From: Squalus acanthias
Taxonomy: Eukaryota
Reading direction: 5' to 3'
DNA length: 64,000 nt
Assembly (NCBI GenBank): GCA_030390025.1
Contig: CM059431.1
Coordinates: 121,894,001 to 121,958,000, forward strand
Shown piece by piece: positions 26,450 to 38,034 of the stretch. Below the pieces are notes generated by a model that was given only the letters and a program-made list of their open reading frames with translations, was not told where the DNA came from and made no database searches. Each line of letters starts with the position of its first letter. Position 1 is the first letter of the stretch. A program made the translations under genes and the position numbers.

Positions 26450-26912
26450 CTGCCTCATTCGATTAGGCCTTTTGGACTCAACAATTTCAGACCATAACCT
26501 CTGTCCCTACCTTTTTTTCCCATTTTTTTCTCTCTCTCACATGGCAGCTGTCTTTCATTCTGCCATCACCATTTACACTTCATCTAGAGCCATCTTTTGT
26601 TTCTTAACTTGTCCCATTACCATCTCCTTTTGCCTTGCACCATCATCCCTTTTGTCTCTTAATCTCTCCTGCCTTCCATCCTATCACAGACCTTCCCTTT
26701 TGTTCTTTCCTCCCCTCCCCACTTTCCCTGCCCCTGCACTTGCTTAAAAACCTGTTCCATCTCCAGCTTTTTCCAATTCTGACGAAGGGTCATCAACCTG
26801 AAACGTTAACTCTGTTTCTCTCTCCACAGATGCTGCCTGACCTGCTGAGTATTTCCAGCATTTTCTGTTTTTATTTCAGATTTCCAGCATCCGCAGTATT
26901 TTGCTTTTGTAT
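26450..26912 (+). mobile_element. Penelope pLTR copy with hammerhead motif at ~26775-26811
   Basis: aatt-CTGACGA-agggtcatcaacct-GAAA-cgttaact; reverse-complement homology to 18408-18800. Confidence 0.85.
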
Positions 26913-27069
26913 ACTGGAAGCAGTTATCAGTGAGAGCCTCACAAATCACCCTGACTACAACTCTGCTTCCTTAGTTTCCTGCTACTCTTCCTCACTCTTC
27001 TCCTCTGTTACTGCTGCACTAGAGGCCTCCTCTTCATCTTGCAGGAAGTTGTTCCAATTTCCATTACAA

Positions 27070-27765
27070 AATTATGTTGCATGCAACATCATTCGATTAG
27101 GCACTTCCCAGCTTTCTGGACTCAACACTGAGTTCAACAATGTCAGATCATCTGCGCCTCCATTTTTTCAGACGCCAGCTGTTGCTGATCACAGAATCAC
27201 AGAATCCCCACAGTGCAGATAGAGGCCATTTCGACCCATCGAGCCTGCACCGACTCATAGCCAAATCAACCTAACCCGCACATCTTTGGACTGTGGGAGG
27301 AAACCGGAGCACCCGGAAGAAACCCACGCAGACATGGGGAGAATGTACAAACTCCACACAGACAGTCACCCATGGCCGGATTCGAACCCGGGTCCCTGGC
27401 GCTGTGAGGCAACAGTGCTAACCACTATGCCACCGTGTTGCCCACCGTGTTGATGATTCGGCGCTCCCATTTACACCTCCTCTAGACCCACCTTTTGTTT
27501 CTTTACTTGTCCCATTACTATCCCCTTTTGCCTTGCACCATCATCCCTTTTGTCATTTAATCTCTCCTGCCTTCCACCCTATCACAGACCTTCCCTTTTG
27601 TTCTTTCCTCCTCTCCCTGCTTTCCCAGCCTCTGTACTTGTTTAAAACCTGTTACATCTCCAACTTTTTCCAATTCTGACGAAAGGTCATCCACCAGAAC
27701 CGTTTCTCTCTCTCCACAGATGCTGCCTGGCCTGCTGAGCATTTCCAGCATTTTCTGTTTTTATT
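27070..27765 (+). mobile_element. Penelope 3' end and pLTR, interrupted by a SINE
   Basis: IRLGTSQLSGLNTEFNN (GIY-YIG C-terminus); degenerate hammerhead CTGACGA at 27676. Confidence 0.82.
27190..27447 (-). mobile_element. HE1-like V-SINE (tRNA head, CR1/HER1-type tail)
   Basis: Minus strand A box tggcatagtgg, B box gggttcgaatcc, V-domain gtggagtttg..gggtttc..ccggtttcctcccaca, (attctgtg)n tail; TSD tgttgctgat/tgttgatgat. Confidence 0.88.
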
Positions 27766-28256
27766 ATTTTGACCTTGGCTGAAGCACCCAATTTAAGTGG
27801 TCTGAACAGTGGAATCTTTGTTTTAGCATTCCGGTGGCGTGCTGTCCAGTAATTTTGGTTTAAATATGTGCTTCATAGCATTTACATTTCATTGTTGTTT
27901 ATGGGTTTCTCAGTGGGGTCATCGGTCTTGTTTGCAGAGGATAGCCCTGGTATCCCAGCAGTCATCGTTCAGCTTGGATAAGTATTCAAATAATGTGGAC
28001 AATATGGAATGCTATAAAATGAGCACGCCATGGATGCTTCTTGGATAATGGCATTACTTGCATTGTGCTGTTTCTATGGTTGAACATTAAGTGAACGGAA
28101 GCCCCGCCTGTTCATTTAGGCTTTCGGGTTTATGTGAGGAGCCCTGATGCCAACCTGAGTGCCATTTAATGCATGCTATATGACTGACAATTCTGCCACT
28201 CAGTAAAAGTTACTTTCCCAATCAAACCAATGCTTCTTTTCTACAGGGAAAGTGAT

Positions 28257-29707
28257 GGCCCATAGTTTGCAGCCCCTATGGGTGCATACGAGGTGTGTAC
28301 GCGCCCATAAGGGCTGCTCAAGTTCCAGGTTTCTGGGCGCGAAATGCATGCGCAAAAACCCAGAACTTGCGATCAGTCAAGAATCTTCTTGACAGATCAT
28401 CCGCATCTCCGGGAAAAGGGCAGCCACGGGCGGAGAGTTGGGCTATTTCCCCAACTTCTGCCCAGCGAATGCTCGTGAAATTCTTACGCCTGGTAAAAGC
28501 AGGCATAAGGCCTGCTTTTACCAGTGTAAGAGCTTAAATAAACATAAAAATAATTTTTTTTCAATCATTTAAACATTAAAACACCTGTAAAGTAAGGTTA
28601 GGTTATTTTTAGCCCCTTTAAAACATTTAAATTTATTTTTCAAAAAATTAAATGTTTTAAAGGTTTAATTATATTTGGCCTAGAAATTCCGTTCCCTATG
28701 GGTGTGTACGCGTTGTGTACTCACCAGTAGGGCCAACGGAAGTGACGGATTTACGCATGCACTGCGCATGCGCTGGAAACCGGCACTTCCGTTCTCTACA
28801 GAAAGGGCTTGACTGGACAAACGCCTGCGCTGGATAGGCAGCGTGTACGTTAGAAACTTCCGTTTTTTTCCACACTGGCTTGAGTCCAGGTAAGTCGGGA
28901 ACAGCTGCGCAAGGCCTGCTTTTAGCAGGCTAATAGTTTAAGAAAGTAAAAAAAAATGTTTCCACTGCTTTATCATTTTAAAACACTTTAAAGAAAGGTA
29001 AGTTTATTTTTAGCCCCATTAAAAACTTTAATTATTTTTTTCAAAAATTAAAATATTTGTTTGAAATAGTTAATTTATGTAATTTATAGTCATTTTAAAA
29101 ATGTGATGTTTTTAAAAAATTTATTTGAAGTTTTACTTATGTTTTGGGGCTGATCTCTATTCATAGATTTGACAGGTCTTCCTGTCAAATCTATGAATGG
29201 AGATTCCCTGCTCTGATTGGCTCCCCATGGCCCACGTGATCCCAGGGACACTGCGATCCGCCTGCATCCCTGGGATACACGTGCCCTGCACACCGGCAGT
29301 TTGAAGAGGCACAGCAAACTCCGGTCCAGGCGCAGATCTTTCCGGAATTTCTGGGCCATTGTATTTTAATTAATTTTAAATAAGTAATTTTTAAAATGTA
29401 TTTGTTATGTTAAAATGTTTTTTATGTGATATCCCCATTCATGCTTAGGGGGATTCCTTACGTACGGAATCCCCATAAGCATGAATGGGGATCCCCCTTC
29501 TTTCATTGGTTGGGCTGGCCCACGTGATCGCAGGGGCGCTTGCGAACCGCATACGCCCCTGGGATATGTGGGCCTCTATGCATCTCTACACATAGAGGCC
29601 TAGGGGCACGAGTCTCTGTGGATCCAGGACTATCAGGTAGGTTCATAGATTTTTTGCCAGTCGGAGGCATTCGCCCGTGGGAAACCTCCGACTGCAAATT
29701 CAGGCCC
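28257..29707. mobile_element. Harbinger-type MITE (outer), TSD GAT
   Basis: TIR ggcccatagtttgcag and (rc) gggcctgaatttgcag, flanked by GAT on both sides. Confidence 0.8.
28677..29357. mobile_element. Related MITE nested in the outer MITE
   Basis: TIR ggcctagaaattccg and (rc) ggcccagaaattccg; internal layout colinear with the outer element. Confidence 0.85.
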
Positions 29708-29795
29708 GATGTAAATACAGCATCAGTCACTTGTTTGGTGCAAACATGGTCTACACACTGCCTGAGCTGGCTGTAGTGCCTTGGAAGGATCCAAT

Positions 29796-30268
29796 AGAAC
29801 ATAAGAACATGAAATAGGAGCAGGTGTAGACCATACGGACCCTCGAGCCTGTACCGCCATTCAATAAGATCATGGCTGATCTTCCACCTCAACTTCATTT
29901 TCCCGCCCTATCCCCATATTCCTTGATTCCCTTAGAGTCCAAAAATCTATCACTCTCCATCTTGAATATACTCAACAACTGAGCATCCACTGCCCTGTAG
30001 AGTAGAGAATTCCAAAGATTCACAATCCTCTGATTGAAGAAATTTTTACTCATCTCAGTCCTAAATGGCCGGCCCCTTATCCTGAGACTATAGCCCACTA
30101 GTTCTAGACTCTCCAGCCAGGGTAAACAGCCTCTCAGCATCTATCCTGTCAAGCCCACTAAGAATTTTATACGTTTCAATGAGATCACCTCTCATTCTTC
30201 TAAACTCCAGAAAATATAGGCCATTCTACTCAACCTCTCCTCATAGTTCTATCCTCTCATCCCAGCAA
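29796..30268 (-). mobile_element. CR1 3' fragment
   Basis: SLRIRGRPFRTEMSKNFFNQRIVNLWNSL; (gaacataa)n tail on +. Confidence 0.9.
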
Positions 30269-30759
30269 GCACAATAGGTTAATGCTGTGAAAGCCTTCAA
30301 TCTATTGGAAGAACCCTTCCTATGGTAGAAGTTGTCAGTATTTCAACCAGTTAAAAATGGGATAACTCAATGATCGTCTCTCTAGTAAAACAAAGACAGA
30401 AAAAACAGGTCTCCCCTGAGATGGCCAAGGAGGAGCATCTATAAATGCAGGTCCTAGGGTCTGTCAAGTGTTGATATAGTATCTCAGCTGTTGTAGCACT
30501 TGATTTCATGTCTCTTCATGACGTCATGAACTTGATCTTCCTCATCTAAATTGTGGAGGGCCTCCAAAGGAAATCTCAGCCTCAGCACTTTGTTTGCTGT
30601 ACCTTCAACTGCAGCAGTGAACTCCAATTCTGGGAGCAGGGAGCAAAAACAACAAAATGCCAATGCTTCTTCAAAGAAAAACACAAGTTTAGTGTTAAAT
30701 TTTCCAACGGAGACCTGGTTTAAAAATTCAACTTCGGTATGCCAGAATAGTGGATTAGT

Positions 30760-31690
30760 CATAAAAACAAAATATGCTGGATACACTTAGCGGGTCAGGC
30801 AGCATCTGTAGAGAAAACGTTAATGGGGGGAATTTTAACTCCCTCTCCCGCCTATCGCTAAGTATGTGAAATCTGGCCCTAACCTGCCTCAAAAACAATA
30901 CTTCCGGGTTAACTGCGGCGGGTTTGGGGCATTTGAGTAACCTGCTCTGGAGAGGCAGGTCAGTAATTATAATATTTAAATGAGGCTTCGTTCCTCAGAT
31001 TTTGGGAGCCATTTGAATTTAACAGCTGCGGGCTGGGTTTCCCAGGGCTCGGAAAACCCGGCAGCTAAAGGGAGGTGGGAGCTGCCAGATCCAGCAAGTA
31101 ATTGCTTTTCCAGCATTGCTTGTGGGCCAGGAGGAGCAAGAGTGCTTCAACCCTCAATCAAACCTTCTGCCACGATCAGCTTCTTCCCCCCACGATTGGC
31201 CGACCCTCCCCCAGCGAGCCCTCCCTCTCTCCTTTCCTCCCTCCCTCCTCGCTGCCACGCTCCGAACCCCACCAGACTCTCAATCTGGGTGGCTGCCGGA
31301 TAGGAAATGGAGTAAAATAATACTAATGAGATCGAGCCATTGAATTCAACAGAATCTCTGCTTTCCCGGGATTCCCGGCCGCAAACATGTGCCCCCGTTC
31401 CCTCCCTGCCTCCCTGTAAATATCGGGGCTGATGTTTCAGGTCGATAAACTTTCATCCAAACTGGATGGAAGATGTTGGAGATGAATAGCTTTTAAGCAA
31501 ATACAGAGCCAGAGAAAGGGTGGGGTGGGGGCGGAGGAAAGAACAAAAGGGGAGCTCTATGATCGGGTAGAGGGCAGGAGTGATTAAATGACCAAAGGGA
31601 TGATGGTGCAATGCTAAAGGAGGTGATAGTGGGACAAATACAGAAACAAGAGATGGGTCCAGAGGAGGTGTAAATGGTTACACATGTCCA
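30760..31690 (-). mobile_element. Penelope pLTR interrupted by a MITE
   Basis: Matches 18408-18710 on both sides of 30825-31430. Confidence 0.8.
30825..31430. mobile_element. Harbinger-type MITE, TSD AAT/GAT
   Basis: ggggggaattttaac...gtaaatatcggggct; the Penelope sequence rejoins across it. Confidence 0.75.
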
Positions 31691-32902
31691 AGAGAAAATG
31701 GGAAGTGTGGTTAATTTCTAAAGTAGTGGTTTGTGATATGCCCATTTTATTTGGCAAGGTGAATGCCACGAGTAGAGCTCATTCGAAGATAGTAAGAGTC
31801 AGAGTGAGTCCTAATTACCACAATTACCATATTACAATGTGACTGGGCCACAAATGCAGTCTCTGTATGTTGGACATTTTTCTTAGGCTTAAAATGCGAC
31901 GCACTACCAAAAGAGCCCGCAGACCTGCACTCCTGATTCCTGATACATGCATCACCAGCAGGGCCTTGCAAAGTTGAGACAATAGTGCACAGTGCTTTAA
32001 AGCATATTAGCGCACAGTTTAGCCTTGGGCTGTTTATACAGTGATGTCTACAAGACATTCTAAATGAATATCAACTGTACACATTGCAGAACTGATAACA
32101 GCCATCAAGCAATTAGTGTTCATCTATTCCCTCATCGACACCTTCCCATTTGTGGTGCTGGATATCTCCATTCATTGTGAACACAGTAAACTGCACAAAT
32201 ATAAGCTGTGGGGAATGATTTACTCTGATCTGTATTCAGTGCAAAAACCTCCCCCCTTTTCCCCTTGGAAATGTGTTGGGTTGGAAAGCAAGAGGTGTGT
32301 ATCCACTTGGCATCAATCGCCAATGCGAAGTTTCCCGTCAATCTCCACTAAAAATGTTAAAAAGTCAGCAGATGGATATAGGGAATTGAAACCTACTGGT
32401 GCAGGAAATAAATTGGGCCAGCTTTCAGTATCAGTAACTGGTCATCCTGAGCTGACCTGTAAACAATCCCTATGGGTTTGAACGCAGAGCTGCTGGGGAA
32501 ATACATGAATGCAAAGCAAGTTGCTGTGCACATCTTCCGCTCATTACTTTGTGGAAGGTGGCTTCAACTAGTTTAAACAGGTTGGCTCCTATTATGATGT
32601 TGTAAAATTAACAAGACCTCAGTGACAACCCATGTAATGTATTTTAGATCATTTTAATTTGCATGAATATTTCCAACGATAAACTGGGTTACGACCAAAT
32701 AGCTGGCTCACAAAGGATTCTACTTTATGAATATAAAATGGTACCAGTTCCTTCTTAGAAACCTCTTATCTTTTATTCACTCTAATAAAAATTGCAAAAT
32801 TCTCAGAGGGAAACCATTGGACACCAGTTTCTTAAATGGGACCTAAATCAAAGATGATGTCAGCATTTGAATGCTAAATAGTATTATTACAGCTGAAAAC
32901 AC

Positions 32903-34594
32903 TGTAAGGGTTTTTGACATGTGTGTGGCTCTGTGCTTAGCCTGGGTGCTAGTGCGAGGTTAGGCCTTGTTGCCTGTTCTGGTCTCCAGCCAGCCTGGTA
33001 ACACTAGACCCCTGTGAGTGGTTCGACCCACTCGCCCTTACGGTTCTGACACTGGACTTAGGTGCGAGAGCAATAATGCAGAGAAAACTCAGGTAGACCC
33101 AGTTGAATAGTGCGAAATGGAAAATCTTTATTGCATATTATTCAGGATTACGAAATACATGTCATAAGCACAGATTAATGACAGTACAATCTTACACACA
33201 GTTATGTAACTAATTTTTGGGAAACGAGGAGCGCACGACACATCGTAAATGGGGGCACACATTACAGTTATCCTTAAAACTTAAACCCTCCCCTATCAAT
33301 ACCTGCTCTAAACTAGATTTGTAGGATCGAGACTCATGCTCACCACTCGTGATAACTCAGAGAATTCCGAAAACTCTGCTCGGATGATTTTACCGCAGCA
33401 CCTGATCACCCACGTGTTGATCAGGGGTCCCTGTACCCCACTTGTTTACTCGTTTCTGCTCCGGCTAGCAGGCTGGACCGTCTGCTGTCATGAAGATCTG
33501 TGTTGTCCTCGGAGTTCCGACACGACTCAAAAAAATAGTCTTCCTGTGCCCTCGCCCCGATGCGATAAAACTCGAAGAATGGTCTTCCGATGCCAGTTGG
33601 GAAGCAGTTACTGATTTATCGAGCGCGGTCGGGGCTTACTGACCGTGGCGATATGTATTGTCGTCTTCTTCTCTTCTCATCTCATCTCATCTCATCTCAT
33701 CTCATCTCATCTCGGGCCTTTGGTTCCAACACCGTTTACCAACTTCTCGGGATGGTGTGCCCGTTTCAAGGCTTCACAGCCCAGTTCCACACAGATCTTC
33801 GCGGCAAGCCACGAGGTTGATCCTGGCGGATCAGAAAGTTCAATAGTCTTTCAGCAAGTCAAACAGCAAGAGCTGCAAGAGGCAGAGACACGAGGCAAGC
33901 GGCAAGGAGTCAAGAGGATAAGAGTCAAGAGGCAGGAACAAGACGGCGAGCGAAATAAGAGAGAGATGGACGGTTGTAGCTTACAGTTATAGTGCTGAAA
34001 CTCCTCTTTTCCCGCCCAATCTTAATGTCTTTTCTTTTGTCAGAGTTTTGGCGCTCAAACTTCTTGTATAGGGTGATCTCCGTTTAATGGGTTTCGGGGA
34101 TACTCGTAACTGCCTGAGTACCTGTTAATACTTTTCCCAATGTGTAACCGGTCAGTATTCTCCCTGGAGGGGTTTTGGGGCTTCCAAATGTTTTCTGTAA
34201 CTACCCGCAAACGGCTCTCTCATCGTAGAGTCGTGGGGATTTTGCATATTAATGTCTTTGGATGGGTTCTTGATCGCTTGGTACAATAGCCCTTATTCGC
34301 ACCTGGGAGACCGATTCCAGTATTTATGTGTATACTGCAAACCCATAATGTCTTGTGTATTATCTCAAATGTGCTGAGTCTTGATCGATCTCGCACAAAT
34401 GTTTATTGGAGCGCCATCTTGTCTGCTTATTGAAAAAGTCTAGAATGTTCTGCCACGAGGCGTGGCGGCCATTTTACAGGCTGCTTGTGTCCACTTTGAA
34501 AACCTGACAGCATTCTGCTGAAATAAAGCTGTTTGTACGAAACTATGTGTTTCCTCCTTATTTATAAAATCGCGATTATATTGCGAATTCTACA
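32903..34594 (-). mobile_element. Solo LTR copy 2 (1692 bp)
   Basis: TG...CA termini, TSD ACAC (32899-32902 and 34595-34598), (TCATC)n tract, colinear with copy 1. Confidence 0.92.
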
Positions 34595-35293
34595 ACACAA
34601 CAGTTTTGGTAAATGTTGAATAGGGCATTTATCCAACATACAGAAAGCAGAAAAGATGAATCTTTAGCTTGTTTAAAAATTGCTTCCAGTTAAGCTTGCA
34701 TTTCTGTTTTTGAATATTTGAAGCTTCTTAAAGGCTGCGTGGTATGCTGTTCAAATAGAATGATAATGTAGTGGCAGCAGACCAGTCAAGTGTATGTCCT
34801 TGATAGAAAGGCTTTAAGCTGTTGTAAGGAAGCTTTGTAGATAGAATTCAATGGAATGAAATCTGAAAAAGCTGAAAATGTAGCCTCCATTTCTGAACAA
34901 GGCAATTAAACTGCACTGTAAAATACAGCAACATAAGATGGTCTGTCATAATGTAATGGGAAAAACACCAGAAACAGAGATTTCATGGGATTTCTTGATA
35001 AAGTAATTAGGATACTGTTTTGTTTCAGTAGTTTCAGATTGATTACATTGGGACTGAGCACCAAGCGGCAATATTGAGCTTGATCTCAAAAGTCTGATTT
35101 TGGCAACAATCAAATATTAATTTCTTCACATGGACAACTTTCCTCCAGTACTGGGTATCCTAACATTATTTTATTTTTATTCATTTATACTGTCACTTCT
35201 TGTTTAATTAATCAACCTGTCTTTTGCATAACTTCAGAGCTGGATAAATTAAACTTTGAGTAATTACATTTCCTTTTTAACTTTTATATTCAT

Positions 35294-36948
35294 TGTAAGG
35301 GATTCTGACCTTGCGTGTCTCGCAGCCTGTGAGATTCACGCGGCTCTGTGCAGCCTGTATGTCAGTGCGGGTTTAGGCCTTGTTGCCTGTTCTGGTCTCC
35401 AGCCAGTCTGGGAGCACTAGACACACCTGTGAGTGGTTCGAATCACTCGCCCTTACGGTTCTAGACACTGGACTTAGATGCGAGAGCAGTGATGGAGATG
35501 AAACTCATGTAGACTCGGTTGAATGGTACGAAATGGAAAATCTTTATTGCATGATATTTAAGATTATGAAATACATGTCATAAGCACAGATTAATGACAG
35601 TACAATCTTACAAGCAGTTATATAGCTGATCCTAGGGAAACGAGGAACGAACGACACACCGTAAATAGGGGCACACATTACAAGTATCCTTAATACTTAA
35701 ACCCTCCCCTATCAATATCTGTCCTAACTAGATTCGTAGGATTTCGAGACTCATGCTCACCACTCGTGATAACTCGGAGAAATTCCGAATAGCTGATCGG
35801 ATGTTTTTCACCGCAGCACCCACGTGTCGGTCAGGAGATCTCCTGGTCCCACTTGTTTACTTGCTTCTACTCCGGCTAGCAGGCTGGACCGTCTGCTGTG
35901 ATGAAGATCTGTGTTGGTTGGTTTAACAGGTACTCTTCCGAGCAGGTTTCACAGCTCAGTCAATATCATCGATGATGAACCGTTCTTGCAAGTTCAAAGA
36001 AGTCTTCCTGGCAAGGAAAACTTGGCTATTCGACCTAGAGGCGCGGTCGGGATTTACTGACCGTGGCGATGAGTATGGTCTTCCTCTCTTCTCATCTCAT
36101 CTCATCTCATCTCATCTCGGGCCTTTGGTTCCGCTGCCAGTTACCAACATAGGTCTTCGTTACGCGACACGAGGTAGATCCGAACGGATCAGAAAGTTCA
36201 ACAGTTTTTTTTTTTCAAAGAGGCACCAGGCAAGCAGGAACCAGACTACGAGTCAAAACACAGGAGCAGCCACGAGGTTACGAGTCGATCGGATAAGAGA
36301 ATAAGAGAAAGAGAGATAGATGGACGGTTGGAGCTTGTAATTATAGTACAAAATCTTCCGTTTCCCGCCCAACCTTAATGTCCTTTCTTTTGTTAGGGTC
36401 TGGCGCTCAAATGTCTTGTATGGGTGATCTCCGTTCTTAATGGGTTTCGGGGCTACTCGTAACTGTCTGAGTACCTGTTAATATTTCTCCCATTGTTAAA
36501 TCGGTCGGTGTTCTCCCTGGAGGGGTTTTGGGGCTTCCAAGTGTTTTGTATAACTACCTGCTAACGGCTCTCTCATCGTAGAGTCGTTGGGATTTTACAT
36601 ATTAATGTCTTTTGGATGGGCCCTTGATTACTCGGTACAATAGCTTTCATTCGTACCTGGGAGACCGATTTCAGTATTTATGTGTATACTGCAAACCCAT
36701 GATGTCTCGTGTATTATCTTCACTGTGCTGAATCTTAATCGATCTTGTACAAATGTTTATTGGAACGCCATCTTGTCTGCCTGTCGAAAAGTCTAGAATG
36801 TTCTGTCACGAGGTGCGGCGGCCATTTTACAGGCTGCTTGTGTCTACTTTGAGAAACCTGGCAGCATTCTGCTGGAATAAAAGCTGTTTGAACGAAACTC
36901 TGTGTTTTCTCCTTATTAATAAAATCGCGATATATTGCGAATTCTACA
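35294..36948 (-). mobile_element. Solo LTR copy 3 (1655 bp), more diverged subfamily
   Basis: tgtaagg...ttctaca; flanks (t)cat and catt; colinear with copies 1 and 2. Confidence 0.9.
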
Positions 36949-38034
36949 CATTGCTCATTGGTGCAAGTAGTAATGATTTTGGTCTTTACATATTTTTTTC
37001 ATTTGTTCACTGGATGTGGGCGTTATTGCCCATCCCTAATTGCCCTTGAGAAGGTGGTGGTGAGCCGCCTTCTTGAACCGCTGCAGTCCGTGTGGTGATG
37101 GTACTCCCACAGTGCTGTTAGGTAGGGAGTTCCAGGATTTTAACCCAGCGACAATGAAGGAGCAGCAATATATTTCCAAGCCAGGATGGTGTGTAACTTG
37201 GAGGGGAACTTGGAGGTGGTGGTGTTCCCATACGCCTGCTGCCTGTTGCCTGCTGTCGAAGAAGCCTTAGCGAGTTGCTGCAGTGCATCTTGTAGATGGT
37301 ACACACTGCAGCCACGGTGCACCGGCGGTGGAGGGAGTGAATGATTAAGGTGGTGAAAGGGGTGCCAATCAAGTGGGCTGCTTTGTCCTGGATGGTGTCG
37401 AGCTTCATGAGTGTTGTTGGAGCTGCACTCATCCAGGCAAGTGGAGAGTATTCCATCACACTCCTGACTTGTGCCTTGTAGATGGTGGAAAGGCTTTGCG
37501 GAGTCAGGAGGTGAGACACTCGCCACAGAATACCTAGACTCTGACCTGCTCTTGTAGCCACAGTATTTATGTGACTGGTCCAGTTAAGTTTCTGGTCAAT
37601 GGTGACACCCAGGGTGTTGATGGTGGGGGATTTGGCGATGGTAATGCCATGAATGTCAAGGGGCGGTGGATAGACTCTCTCTTGTTGGAGATGATCATGT
37701 CTTGCATTTGTGTGGCGTGAATGTTACTTGCCACTTATCAGCCCAAGCCTGAATGTCATCCAGGTCTTGTGGCATGCGGGCATGGACGGCTTCATTATAA
37801 GAACATAAGAACATAAGAAATAGGAGCAGGAGTAGGCCAATCGGCCCCTCGAGCCTGCTCCGCCATTCAATAAGATCATGGCTGATCTGATCCTAACCGC
37901 CAATCTACTATCAATCACAGAACCATCTCCTGCATCTAACAGAATTGCACACACGAAATAGGAGCAGAATCAGGCTACACGGTCCCTGGGCCCGCTCCAC
38001 TACCCACAGGGCCATGACCGATCCGAACCTAGAC

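Noticed and set aside
26385..27222. 120-aa and 195-aa hydrophobic ORFs
   Set aside because: Read-through of the pyrimidine-rich Penelope pLTR, not a host protein
32903..36948. LTR copies 2 and 3 as the two ends of one mini LTR-retrotransposon with a 700-bp internal region
   Set aside because: Each LTR has its own TSD, they are clearly diverged, and no TGG-type PBS follows the upstream LTR
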